A DNA stretch of 63,507 nucleotides, filler included, from Chiloscyllium plagiosum (Eukaryota): assembly GCF_004010195.1 (NCBI RefSeq). It is 4 parts of one record of this genome, joined end to end, with 100 filler letters (N's around TTAATTAATTAA, not from the genome) between each part and the next. Parts side by side here need not be neighbours in the genome. Positions count along the whole stretch, not along the records: positions 1 to 26,648 come from NC_057717.1; positions 26,749 to 48,659 come from NC_057717.1; 2 more parts are not named here. The stretch is one strand, 5' to 3'. Within the stretch, counting starts at the first letter, position 1; each line of letters begins with the position of its first letter. Under the pieces are notes generated by a model. That model saw only the letters and a list, made by a program, of their open reading frames with translations. It did not search any database and was not told where the DNA came from. The translations under genes and the position numbers were made by a program. Below, in pieces: positions 23,924 through 37,053 of this stretch.

Positions 23924-26648
23924 TTCCTGTACTTGAATAATTTCGCAGTTAAGGGCAACATGCTATTTCCTCTGCTGATTATTTGCTGTCCTCATGTCCG
24001 GGGACACCCAGGTGACTTTCACCAACAGCATTTCCCATCCTCTCACCTTCTAACAAATACGAAATGAGAATGATTGTATATGAATCTCACAACCAGATCA
24101 TTCATTTGCCGTGTGATTAGCTATGGTCAAAGCACTGATATATGTTTACCCTATGAGCAATGTCCTTCAAACAAGAGCAGGAACGTACTCTCTGTATGAT
24201 CCCCATGATCCAATTCTCAATACATGTATATGTTCACCCCTTTCAGAAGGACGCTTAACTTTGTTGACTCACTTGCGTGCAACAACGTCAAAAGTCTTCA
24301 GAAAATTCAGCTATTCAGCTCCCACTAGCTCCCGTTTATTGATGTCACAAACAAAATTCTGTGTAAACCTCAGTAGGTTTATCAAACATAATTTCACATT
24401 CCTGAATCTATACTGACTCCGTAAAATCATATCATAATTCTTGAAGTGTCTAGTCAAAAAGTACTATTACTTTCCTGACAGCTGGCATCTAGCTTTCCAG
24501 GATTTAGTTTTATGTTTTCCCTCTCCGTCCTGTTCTCAACATGTGCGGTCACAATAACTAAACAGCTTTGAAAAACTTTGCATCCATCAATACACAGGGA
24601 TGTAGCTCACAGAACCAAGAAATTGTCAGTACAAGAGGAGACCCACCATGTCAGTACCACCTCCGAAAAGAGCTATCGAGCTCACCCAGTTCACCAGGCC
24701 TATGTGTTTTTTCTGATCGTTCTTCGGTGGAGACAGAACCAGCATATGCACTGCACATGACATCTATCACATTGTGAATACATCAGAGGACGGCACTCTG
24801 CCACATGATCAGTGTGTCAGCCACTCCTGCTCGGAAAGTTCCAGAATCAAACCAGTCCGCTTCATTGCCAGTTTCAGCAGAGCTCTCTCCCTGACGTGAG
24901 ATTATAGGTTATGCTGAAGGAGATGGCACAGCTGTTACCTTCCCATTTTTGAATCAAACTGGCTTCAAACTTTGCCCCTGGAATATGTACAAATAAGAAA
25001 ATATTCCTAAACATCCAGAGAGGATAGTGCAGTGTCCTACTCCTCTCTGGTTGCAGAGTTTCCGTTCTATGCAGCTTCTCCTTCATTTGTTAGCCATGTT
25101 GCAAACCCAGATACACTGTGAAGGCAGTGCACATACTTCTCTCAGAGTGGCGTCAACATATCCTAAGGTTTCCCTGAATGAATGCAACAACTGACAACGC
25201 AAACGTGAGAAATAATTTTCAGAACTTCAACTGGATATCCAATGACTGGAGCAAGTCAAATCCGTGTATACATGGAACACCCATTCGGTGCTGGAAATGC
25301 TTTCGTGTCCTCAGTTCATTTCCTGACGGATTATAGCTCTGCAAAGTCCCAGTGACCTGAAATATTAACAGTTCCGGTCTCCACAGAACTACTTGACAAT
25401 GGACCTGCACAATCTTCTGTCCCACAGTAACGATAAGGGCAACATGACTATTATAGCTTGAGATGATTGAAAATGCTGAGGCGGCAATTGTCTAGGTATT
25501 ACCTCGAGACTAATAATCTAGGGTACCATGAAATGTACGCTGGATTCGAACCATGCCACGGCAGACGATGGAATTTGAATTCAATAAAACCGTTGAAATG
25601 AAGAATTGAATAAAACTTTGAAACTATCGTCGATTGTCAGAAAATAAATCCCCAGCTGATTCAAAATTGTCCGTCACGGAAGGAAATCCGCTATCGTCTC
25701 GTGGTCTGGTCTCCATACGACTGCACATCTAAGAAATGTGGGTTGAATCTCAATTGTCCTTTGAAATTGCCAAGGCACCCAGTTATACTAAACGCTTCGA
25801 AGTGCCAAAGAAACAGAACGAACCAATACGTTGGCAATTTACAGCACTTTGATTGCAGTGGTTCAGGACAGCAGCTCATCAACACTTTCTCAGTGGCAAC
25901 TGGGAAAGGGATATAAATGCTGACCCAGCCAACGACACTCACAACCCATTAATGAATGAATGAACATGATCATACTCAGAGAAAAGAGAGAGACGGGAGC
26001 TATCTAGGCATGACATTCATGAATATGGGAAAGGGTGAAAAATAAGTTAGATTAATCTCATATTTTATTCCCAATCCCAGTTAATAATAAACAATCCCAT
26101 TGTTTACTTGTTTTTCTGTCTATCTCTCTGTTTTTTCTCCATATACTCAACTCACACCTCTTAAAAACAGAGTTCCCCGTCGCCAGCATCAATCTCACTA
26201 TTTCCCAGTTGCTTTCAGTCACAAGATATGTTCAATGGACTCGAAATGTTAACTCTGTTTTTCTCTTAACAGAGGTTTCCAAACCTGCTCGATTTCCCCA
26301 GCACTTAACTGTTTCTTTCAGTTTCAAATGTCCACCTTTTTTCGTTTGTTTCAACATTTATTTTTTTTATTTCATGGAATGTCGGCATCGCTGCCAAGGG
26401 CAACTTTGCTGATCAATATTATTAGCCCTTGATTTTGAGGCCAATCCACGAGGCAGTATATGGTCAGCACATTGTTGGGGTCTAAGGTCACTCCTATACC
26501 AAACCAGATAATAGTGTTAGATTTCTTTGGCAAAAGACACCAGTGAAACAGATAGGCTTTCATGCATAATGCCGGGACCTTACGTTTGCCATAAGTGAAT
26601 TTGGCATTTATTACAATTCTTATAATTTGATTTTAAGTTCTGCCATCA

Positions 26649-26748
26649 NNNNNNNNNNNNNNNNNNNNNNNNNNNNNNNNNNNNNNNNNNNNTTAATTAA
26701 TTAANNNNNNNNNNNNNNNNNNNNNNNNNNNNNNNNNNNNNNNNNNNN
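26649..26748. other. Artificial scaffold join 44N-TTAATTAATTAA-44N (also 48660-48759 and 59884-59983)
   Basis: An identical 100-nt construct occurs three times. TTAATTAATTAA places stops in all six frames. Confidence 0.95.
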
Positions 26749-28149
26749 AACCGAAGGCCCTCTCCTGTGTTATATGACACTGATTTTCTGTCTTTTGTGA
26801 GAGTACCCAAAAATGCCTCACTCCTTCAGGTTCTCATAACGCCTTGTCTATTACACAGGTTTCTTCAACGAATTTCTTCCATTAAGTCATTGTACAATTC
26901 TGTTTGGAAACTCCTCACCTGTCCCTCTCAATCTTCCATGTTATCGCCTCCAGACTCTAAATCCCTCTCGATCTCAGAGACCACCTTAACTCCATAACCT
27001 TCTTCGACCGACCTTCAACTGTAAATTCTGGCAGAATCTTTACGACACATAATTTCTTTAAACTCATCTGAACCATCACCCTGTCCCTTTAATCTCGAAT
27101 TAACCCTAAGTCCATCCCGACCTCTCTAACATCCTCCAAACCCAACAACACCATCTCTCTAACCTTCTCCAAACACGACACCCCTCTCCATTTATCAAAC
27201 CTTCTTCAAACGCTACATGCCATTCACTCCCTTATTTTCTTAACACGCCTCCTGATCTCTCAAACTTCCTCCTAATCCTACAACGTCGCTGTTTCTGTAA
27301 CCTCCTCCAAAACGGACACTCCTCCCTCTTTCACAAACCTCCTTCGACTCATACACATATTGCTCTTTTACAAATCTCCACGAATCTGCATCCTTTCCTA
27401 TGTCTCTAAGCTCCACAAAAATACACCCCTACCAATTTCTCTAAACTCCTCCAGCTTCAACATCACCCATATCTCGATAATCTCCTCCAGGCAGAGCACT
27501 CCTTCCTGCCTTACTGTCCTCCTCCATACCGCACACCACTTCCTATTGCTTTAACTTCCTCCAAACCCTACACTCTTCCCTTTCTATCGAACCTCTTCCA
27601 AACCCTGCACCCCTCCGTATTTCTCTCATCTCTTCTAAACCCTGCAACATCCCCGTCTCTCCAAACGTCTGCAGCTTCTTAATCCCTCCCAAATAACATC
27701 TCTAACTTCCTCCAGACCCTTCACCCTTCCTATCTCTCGACACTTGTCTAGCAACTTCATCCCTTCTGATCTTTCTAACCGCATCGACATCCGACACTGT
27801 ATCATTTCTCGCTAACAACTTTCAGCTCCTTTACCCCTCCCTAACTATCCAACCATCTCCTGTCCCTACAACCCTCCCTATCTTTCTAAACTGCTTCAGC
27901 TCCTACATGCATCCCTATTTCTCTAACCTCCTCTAGAACATACACGCCCCCTTTTCCTCTAACCACTTCCAGCTTCAAATCTCTCCCTTTGTCTGTACGT
28001 ATCTCCAGCCGCTCCATGACTTCTTTTCCCTGTAATCACCATCAGCCATCTCACCCCTCGCATCTCTCTAAACTTCAGTTGTCACCCAACACACATTATC
28101 CTGTGAATGGATTAAAAGTTCTCATGAGCCTGCTCTAGCATGCACAGAC

Positions 28150-31100
28150 ATTGTTATCTCTGTAGAGTCTCCAGCTTTGTTTGCCTGTGTCTATAGATAT
28201 CCATAATTGCTTTCTTATATCCTAATATCTCCAGTCTTCTTTTCCATCCTCTGTAACATCTGATGTCATGCTTTTATATCTCGAGAATATCTCCTGACGT
28301 GCATTCCTATCTCTGTAACATCTCTAGCCTTGCATTCGTGTCTGTGCAATATCTCCAGACTTGCTTTCCTATCTTTGTAATATCTCTGGCCTTGTTTTAT
28401 TACATCTATTTCTGTGGTTAAATGACATCAGCAACCCGAGGAAACCTAAACATATAAATCGAAAGTCTGCCCTGCCACCAGTGCTTCATCCGGAGGCTCA
28501 CTGCTGATGTTATCTAGTATCATGGCGTAACGTCTGAAAACGAACAGTCCAGCTCAGCGAGCAAGGCGACATCCACAACCGCAACCTGAGCAACAAATCT
28601 TTTGAAAAGTCGCTGTTCTTTCCTATGCCTGTAACATCTACAGCCTTGCTTTCCTGTCTCTTTAACATCTTCAGCGTTGCTTTCCTTTCAATGTAACATC
28701 TTTGTGTTTACTATAGGCCCCCCAATAGCAGCAGAGATGTGGAGAAACAGATTGGGAAACAGATTTTGGAAAGGTGCAGAAGCCACAGGGTAGTAGTCAT
28801 CGGCAATTTCAACTTCCCAAATATTGATTGGAAGCTCTTTAGATCAATTAGATTGGATGGGGTGGTGTTTGTGCAGTGTGTCCAGGAAGATTTTCTAACA
28901 AAATATGTAGATTGTCCGATCAGAGGGGAGGCCATTTTGGATTTGGTACTCCGTAATGAACCGGGACAAGTGAAGGGCTTGTTAGTGGGTGAACATTTTG
29001 GTGATGGTGACCACAATTCTGTGACTTTCACCTTGGTTATGGAGAGAGATAGGTGCGTGCAACAGGGTAAGTTTTACAATTGGGGGAAGGGTAATTACGG
29101 TGCTGTAAGACAGAATCTGAGGAGCACAAGTTGGGAGCATAGGCTGTCGGGGAAGGATGTCGTGGAAATGTGGAACTTTTTCACGGAACAGATACGACGT
29201 GTCCTTGATATGTATGTACCGGTCAGGCAGGAAGAAATGGTCGTGTGATGGAACCTTGGTTGACGAGGGAGGTTGAATGTCTTGCAAAGAGGAAGAAGGA
29301 GGCGTACAAAAGGTTGAGGAAACAGGGTTCAGACAGTGCAGTGGAGGGATACAGGATAGCCAGAAGGGACCTGAAGAAAGGGATTAGGAGAGCCAAGAGA
29401 GGGCATGAAAAATCTCTGGCGGATAGGATCACGGATAACCCAAAGGCATTTTATGCGTATGTGAGAAACATGAGAATGACGAGAACGAGGGTAGGTCCAA
29501 TCAAGGACAGTAGTGGGAGACTGTGTATTGAGTCGGAAGAGATAGGAGAGGTCTTGAATGAGTACTTTTCTTCAGTATTTACGAATGAAAGGAACCGTAT
29601 TGTTGAAGAGGAGAGTGTGAAACAGACTGGTAAGCTAGAGGGGATACATGTTAGGAAGGAAGGTGTGTTGGACATTTTGAACAATTTGAGGATAGACAAG
29701 TCCCCCGGGCCTGATGGGATATATCCTAGGATTATGTGGGAAGCAAGAGAGGAAATTTCAGCACCGTTGACAATGATCTTTTCATCTTCACTGTCAACGG
29801 GGGTGGTACCAGGGAACTGGAGTGTGGCGAATGTTGTGACCCTGTTCTAAAAAGGGAATAGGGATGACCCCGGGAATTACAGGCCAGTTGGTCTTACTTC
29901 GGTGGTAGGTAAAGTAATGGAAAGGGTACTGAGGGATAGGATTTATGAGTATCTGGAAAGGTACTGCTTGATTAGTGACAGCCAGCACGGATTTCTGAAG
30001 GGTCGGTCTTGCCTTACAAGTCTGATTGAATTCTTTGAGGAGGTGACCAAGCATGTGGATGAGGGTAGAGCAGTGGATGTAGTATACATGGATTTTAGTA
30101 AGGCATTTGATAAGGTTCCCCATGATAGGCTTATGCGGAAAGTCAGGAGGCAGGGGATAGAGGGAAATTTGGCCAATTAGATAGAAAACTGGCTAACCGG
30201 TCGAAGTCAGAGAGTGGTGATAGATGGTAAATATTCAGCCTGGAGCCCAGCTACAAGTGGAGTTCCGCAGGGATCAGTTCTGGGTCCTCTGCTGTTTGTA
30301 ATTTTTATTAATGACTTAGATGAGGGAGTCGAAGGGTGGGTCAGTAAATTTCCAGATGATACGAAGATNNNNNNNNNNNNNNNNNNNNNNNNNNNNNNNN
30401 NNNNNNNNNNNNNNNNNNNNNNNNNNNNNNNNNNNNNNNNNNNNNNNNNNNNNNNNNNNNNNNNNNNNNNNNNNNNNNNNNNNNNNNNNNNNNNNNNNNN
30501 NNNNNNNNNNNNNNNNNNNNNNNNNNNNNNNNNNNNNNNNNNNNNNNNNNNNNNNNNNNNNNNNNNNNNNNNNNNNNNNNNNNNNNNNNNNNNNNNNNNN
30601 NNNNNNNNNNNNNNNNNNNNNNNNNNNNNNNNNNNNNNNNNNNNNNNNNNNNNNNNNNNNNNNNNNNNNNNNNNNNNNNNNNNNNNNNNNNNNNNNNNNN
30701 NNNNNNNNNNNNNNNNNNNNNNNNNNNNNNNNNNNNNNNNNNNNNNNNNNNNNNNNNNNNNNNNNNNNNNNNNNNNNNNNNNNNNNNNNNNNNNNNNNNN
30801 NNNNNNNNNNNNNNNNNNNNNNNNNNNNNNNNNNNNNNNNNNNNNNNNNNNNNNNNNNNNNNNNNNNNNNNNNNNNNNNNNNNNNNNNNNNNNNNNNNNN
30901 NNNNNNNNNNNNNNNNNNNNNNNNNNNNNNNNNNNNNNNNNNNNNNNNNNNNNNNNNNNNNNNNNNNNNNNNNNNNNNNNNNNNNNNNNNNNNNNNNNNN
31001 NNNNNNNNNNNNNNNNNNNNNNNNNNNNNNNNNNNNNNNNNNNNNNNNNNNNNNNNNNNNNNNNNNNNNNNNNNNNNNNNNGGGATTGAATTCAAGAGTC

Positions 31101-34100
31101 TTGAAGTGATGTTGCAACTGTACAGGACTTTGGTTAGGCCACAGTTGGAGTACTGTGTGCAGTTCTGGTCGCCTCACTTTAGGAAAGATGTGGAAGCTTT
31201 GGGGAGGGTGCAGAGAAGATTTACCAGGATGTTGCCTGGAATGGAGAATAGGTTGTACGAGGATAGGTTGAGAGTGATAGGCCTTTTCTCATTGGAACGG
31301 CGAAGGATGAGGGGTGACTTGATAGAGGTTTATAAGATGATCAGAGGAATAGATAGAGTAGACAGTCAGAAACGTTTTCCCCGGGTGCAACAGAGTGTTA
31401 CAAGGGGACATAAATTTAAGGTGAAGGGTGGAAGGTATAGGGGAGATGTCAGGGGTGGGTTATTCACCCAGAGAGTATTGGGGGCATGGAATGCGTTGCC
31501 TGTGGGAGTGGTAGAGTCAGAATCCTTGGTGACCTTTAAGTGGCAATTGGATAGGTACACGGATGGGTGCTTAAGCTAGGACAAATGTTCGGCACAACAT
31601 CGTGGGCTGAAGGGCCTGTTCTGTGCTGTATTGTTCTATGTACCATCTCCTGTTCAGCTTTCCTGTATCCATAACATCTCCAGCCTTGCTCTCCTACTTT
31701 TGTAACATCACCAGAATTGTTATTTCAATTTCTGTAACATCTCCAGCCTTGTTTCCTTATCTCTGTAACATATCCAGCTTTCCTTTCCTATCTCTGTAAC
31801 ATCTCGAACCATGTTTTTTCCTATGTCAGAAACATCTCCAACCTGGCTTTCCTATCTCTGTAGTATATCCAGTGTTGTTTTTCTATGTCTACATCATCTC
31901 CAGTCTTGGTTTCCTCTCTCTGTAACATTTCTAGACTTTTTTTCCTACCTGTGTCACACCTCCATCCGTCATTTCCTCTCTCTGTAACATCTCCAGTTCT
32001 ATCTTTCGTTATTTTGTAACATCTCTACCGTTATTTTTCTATCTCTGTAAAAGATTCATCCCAGCCAGCTGATCTCTGCCACATCTCTGGCCTTGCTTTG
32101 CTGAATGAATAACATCAACAGCCTTGTTTTCCTGTCTCTGCAAAATCCCCAGCCTTGCTTTCCTACCTATGTAAAGTCTCCAGCATTGTTTTTCTATCTC
32201 TGCAACATCTCCAGCTTTGCGTTTTTGTATGTCGGCCATCCCCAGCCTTGCTTTTTGAACTCTGTAAAATCTCCAAGCTTGAGTTCTGATCTGTTTAATA
32301 CTTCTAGCCTTCTTTTCCGGTCTATTTATTATCTCCAGCCTTCCTTCCCTACATTTGCATTATCTACAATCTTGCTTTCCTATCTCTATAAAATCTGAGG
32401 CATCGCTTTCCTATTTGTGTAACATCTCAAGCTTTGCTTTCCTATTTTAAAAAAAATATCTCCAGTCTTGCTTTCCTATCACTGTAAGACTTCTAACATT
32501 GCATTCCTATCGATGTAACACTTCCAGTTTTGTGTTACTATCTCTGCAAAATCTGTAATCTTGTTTTCCTATTTCTATAACATCTGCAGCTTGGATCTCC
32601 TATTTCTATAAGCCCTCTAGTGTTGCATCCCTATCTATGTAACTTCTCCAGCCTTGCTTTCCTATCTCTGTGCAATCTGCAAACTATCATTCCTATCTCT
32701 GTAACATCTCTAGCCTTGCTTTTCTATCCCTGTAACATCCCCACCCTTCCTGCCCTATCTCTGTAACATCTCCGGCCATACTATCGCATCCATTTAACAT
32801 CTCCAACCTTTCTTTCCTCTCCATGTATAATCTCCAGCTTTGCTTTCGTATTTCTGCATCATCTCCAGCCTTGGTTTCTTATTTCTGTAATATCTCCTGC
32901 CTTGCTTTCCTATCCATGTGACATCTCCAGAATTGCTTTCCTATGTAAATAACATCTCCATCTTGTTTCCCTATCCCTGTAGTATCACCAGCCTTGCTTT
33001 CCTATTCTATAACTTGCGTTCCTATCCATGTCACATCTGCAGCCCTGCTTTTCTATCTCAATAACATCTCCAACCTTGTTTTTTTCTATCAATGTAACCT
33101 CTCGAGCCATGCTTTCATCTCTCTGTATCATCTCCAGCGTTGCTTTCCAATCCACGTAATATCTGCAGCCCTGCTTTCCTATCTCTCTGACATCTCCAGC
33201 CTTGCTTTCCTGTCCGTGTAATGTCTCCAGCCTTGTTTCATAGCTCCAGACCTGCTTTTCCATCGAAGCAGCATCACCAGTCTTCCTTTCCTATCCCTGT
33301 TTCATCCCCAGCCTTATATTCCCAACTCTATAATATCTCCAGTCTTGCAATCCTTTCTCTGTATAATCTCCAACATTGCATATCTATTATTATAACGTCT
33401 ACAGCCTTCCTTTTCTATCTCTGTAACATCTCTTGCCGTGCTTTCCTATATCCAAACAACTTGTGCATTGCTTTCATGTTTCCTAACATTGTGTCGACTC
33501 CAGACTTGCAATCCTAACTCTGCAATATTGCCAGGCTTCATTTTCTATCTCTATAAGATCACCAGCTTTGATTTCCTACCGCCAAAACATCTCACGTCTT
33601 GTTTTCCAAACACAAAAGCGTCTTCAGCCTTGTTTTCCTATGGGTATAACGCCTCCAGCATTGCTCTGCAATCTCTGCAACATCTCCAGCCCTGCTTTCC
33701 TCTTTCTGTAATGACTCAGACCTTGATTTCCTATTGCTGTATTATCGCCAGCCTTACTTGCCTATCTGTGTAATTCCTCTGCCATTGCTTCCCTGTCTTC
33801 ATAACATGTCCAGTCCCGACCTGCTATCTCTATAACATTGCCAGCCATGCTCTCCTACGTTTGCAACACCTCGATCCTTGTAATTTTATCTCTATAACAT
33901 CCCCAGCCTTGCATTACTAACTTTATAACATCTCCAGCCTTGCTTTCCTATTTCCATAACTTATCCAGGCTCGCTTTCCTTTACATTTACATCTCCAGCC
34001 TTGTTTCCCTAACTGTAATAACTCCAGCCCTGGTTTCATATCGCTATAACATTTCCAGACTTGCTTTGCTGTCTCATAAACATCTCCAGGCTTGCTTTCC

Positions 34101-34620
34101 TTTCTCTGTAACACCTCCAGTCTTGATTTCCAATCCGTGTGACATCTCAAGCCTTGCTTTCCTCTCTGTGTAACATCACCAGACTTGCTTTCCTGTCTGT
34201 GTAAGATCTCTCACGTTAATTTCCTATCTCTGGAATATCTCCAGCCTTGTTTTCCTGTCTCTGTAACATCTCCAGACTTGCTTTGCTATGTCTGTAACAT
34301 ATTCTGCCTGTACTTCCAATCCCAGTGACATCTCCATCTTTGTTTTCCTAACTGTGTGACATCTCTGCCTTCATTTCCAATCTCTGTAACATCCCCAGTC
34401 TTGTTTTCAAATCTGTGTAAAATCTCCAGCCTTGCTTTCCTGTCTCTGTAACATCTTCAGCTGTACTTTCCGATCTATGTGACATCTCCAGCCTTGATCC
34501 CTTTCACTTCTCCAGCCTTTCTTTCCTATTTGTGTAACAACTCCAGACTTGTTTTTCTATTTCTATAAAGTATCTTGCCTTGCTTTCATATACCTGAGTT
34601 GTCTCCAGCCTTGGTTTCCT
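28150..34620 (+). repeat. 31-bp satellite array, copy B (split by CR1 insertion)
   Basis: Same consensus as 16720-19210, with unit-by-unit correspondence. Confidence 0.9.
28702..31633 (+). mobile_element. Relatively young 5'-truncated CR1 LINE ORF2 (EN-RT-3' UTR), with gap
   Basis: ORFs 28739 (VVVIGNFNFPNIDW...GDGDHNSV), 29245 (DKSPGPDGIYPR), 29902 (HGFLKGRSCLT...DFSKAFDKV), 30214 ([14 protein letters not shown]...DDTK) and C-term LEYCVQFWSP. Few lesions. TSD-like 15-mers at 28687-28701 and 31634-31648. Confidence 0.96.
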
Positions 34621-34849
34621 ATTTGTTTCAGCTACCATGCCATAAAGCTAATATGATCTTCTCGTGATTTCAGTCCTCCCTATTTCTGCAACAACCTCCT
34701 CCATCAGCATTTCTCCAAAACTCTGTAATCACCTCTTTCGCTTTCCTTTCGCTCTCTGCGTAAATTCATCCAGCTTCCTCTCCACTTTGTGCCTCCTCCG
34801 CCTGCTTCAACGTTCTCTATCTCTATAAACGTCTCCTGCAAACACAGCC

Positions 34850-35340
34850 ACTCCCTATCATTTTAACATTGTCCAGCTACTGCACCCATTTCCTATCCCT
34901 GTTACATTCTCCAGCACCTATCCGCTCCATATCTCTGTACATTCTCAAGCACCTGCACCCACCCTTATCGCGGTAAAATGCTCCATTACCTCCAGCCGCT
35001 CTCTATCGCTGCAACATCCTCCAGCAACAACACCGACTCCCTTCACCTGAAACATACCCCAGCACCTACACAGATTCCTTATCCCTTTATCATTCTCCAG
35101 GAACTACACACCTTCCTCTCTGTAACTTTCTTCAGCTCCTACAGCCACTCCCTATCCCTGTAACATTCTCCATCATCTGTACCCACCTCCTCATCATCTA
35201 ACATTTTCAAGCACCTACACCCAATCGCTATCCCTGTTATATCCTCAAGCACCTGCACCCACTCCGTCCCCCTGTAACATTTTCCAGCACCTGCACCCAC
35301 TCCCTACCCAGTCACATTTTCCAGCATCACCTCACTATCT
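34850..35340 (+). repeat. 38-bp minisatellite (CCCTATCCCTGTAACATTCTCCAGCACCTxCACCCACT); inverted copies at ~38890-39340 and ~44155-44650
   Basis: TAACATT recurs at 35161 and 35199. It shares the CTATCxCTGTAACATxCTCCAG core with the 31-bp satellite. Confidence 0.85.
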
Positions 35341-37053
35341 TTGTCAGTTGCTCTGACGCCTACAACTCTCCGTCGCTGTTAGCTGCTCCAGTATGAACAC
35401 ACATCTTTATTTTCTCCAACATCGTTCTGCTAGTAAAACCTTCTTATCTATATAACTTCTTCCAGTATTCACACTATTCGACCTTTGTAAACTCCTCATG
35501 TCCATTAACACCTCCTGGTTTTTGAAAATTGCTGCAGCCTGCACACACCTCCTTATCTCTGTTATCTCCAGCGTCATCTTCTGGTGTTTTTATGGGGTAA
35601 CAGAGGCTATCTACCTGCGCAGTGACATGAATATGTTGGCATTGTCTCCACAGAGGTGTAACAGCAAAACTTCCAGAAATATCAGGAAAATGGGTCACCC
35701 AAGAAATTGAGAAACACAAAGAAATTAGAAGAGGAATTACTCGAAAAAAAATCATTGCGGTGAAGAGTGGTTCAACTCTGCACCACATGAATGGCGAAAT
35801 ACACATGCAGCTTGAAGGTTAAGCTTGCTGGATTTATTTTTCCAAAACTGGTAAACACACAATGGATCTTTTTCTCCCGTAAATTGATTAGTTCTACGAG
35901 CCACATTTCGAACTATTGAGGGAGATCAAAGTTCTTCGATACTCTTTAGATTCCTGAAAGCATCCCGCAGATGACAAAGTAGCGATTGTGACAGCGAATA
36001 TTTCAAACAGGATGGAGAACGAAAACAGAAATAAAAGTAGTGGATAGCTTGATGCCAGTTGTGAGGAAAATAATAATACTTTTCTTGTCAGCATTGTTTT
36101 CGAAACCGTCTGCTAATTAAATTAAATACCCCACAAAACCTCGTCTTGCCACGCAATCTGCTAATAGCGTCAGTGAGAAAAGAAACCCTGCCATTCCAAA
36201 GTTTATGGAAATAAAGTAATTCATGTTGCTAATTCTAATACTGAACACGAAGCAAAGCTGTTAACAAACTCAACCCCCTTCTTTATTAAATATTCACAAT
36301 CTGACCAAACTCTATTGAAAATACTCCTTTTATAACATGATTAATAAACATTGAATGAACTTAATTTCTCCAAGTCCAAGCAGTCTTTTATGCTCTCTTC
36401 CTTGCTGTTTTCAGAATCTCCTATCTTCCCTGCGTATTTCACATTCTGCTGATTTCTTCTTTCCTTCTGTTTCTGCTGTTTTCTCCTGGGCGGCCTTCAT
36501 TCTCTTTACTGTGAGTATTTTTAGTGATAAATTGTTTCTCTGATGTTTTCAAANNNNNNNNNNNNNNNNNNNNNNNNNNNNNNNNNNNNNNNNNNNNNNN
36601 NNNNNNNNNNNNNNNNNNNNNNNNNNNNNNNNNNNNNNNNNNNNNNNNNNNNNNNNNNNNNNNNNNNNNNNNNNNNNNNNNNNNNNNNNNNNNNNNNNNN
36701 NNNNNNNNNNNNNNNNNNNNNNNNNNNNNNNNNNNNNNNNNNNNNNNNNNNNNNNNNNNNNNNNNNNNNNNNNNNNNNNNNNNNNNNNNNNNNNNNNNNN
36801 NNNNNNNNNNNNNNNNNNNNNNNNNNNNNNNNNNNNNNNNNNNNNNNNNNNNNNNNNNNNNNNNNNNNNNNNNNNNNNNNNNNNNNNNNNNNNNNNNNNN
36901 NNNNNNNNNNNNNNNNNNNNNNNNNNNNNNNNNNNNNNNNNNNNNNNNNNNNNNNNNNNNNNNNNNNNNNNNNNNNNNNNNNNNNNNNNNNNNNNNNNNN
37001 NNNNNNNNNNNNNNNNNNNNNNNNNNNNNNNNNNNNNNNNNNNNNNNNNNNNN

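Larger units (their letters stand above)
21409..36553 (+). repeat. Segmental duplication unit, copy B (with CR1 insertion and ~1.9 kb extra satellite)
   Basis: Colinear with 8559-20560. It has extra 28702-31633 (CR1) and ~33555-35455, which is absent from copy A but present in the inverted copies. Confidence 0.93.

Noticed and set aside
26693..26704. TTAATTAATTAA palindrome inside N runs (also 48704-48715 and 59928-59939)
   Set aside because: It is a fixed-format six-frame-stop scaffolding spacer, not biological sequence. It also means adjacency across these joins is unproven.
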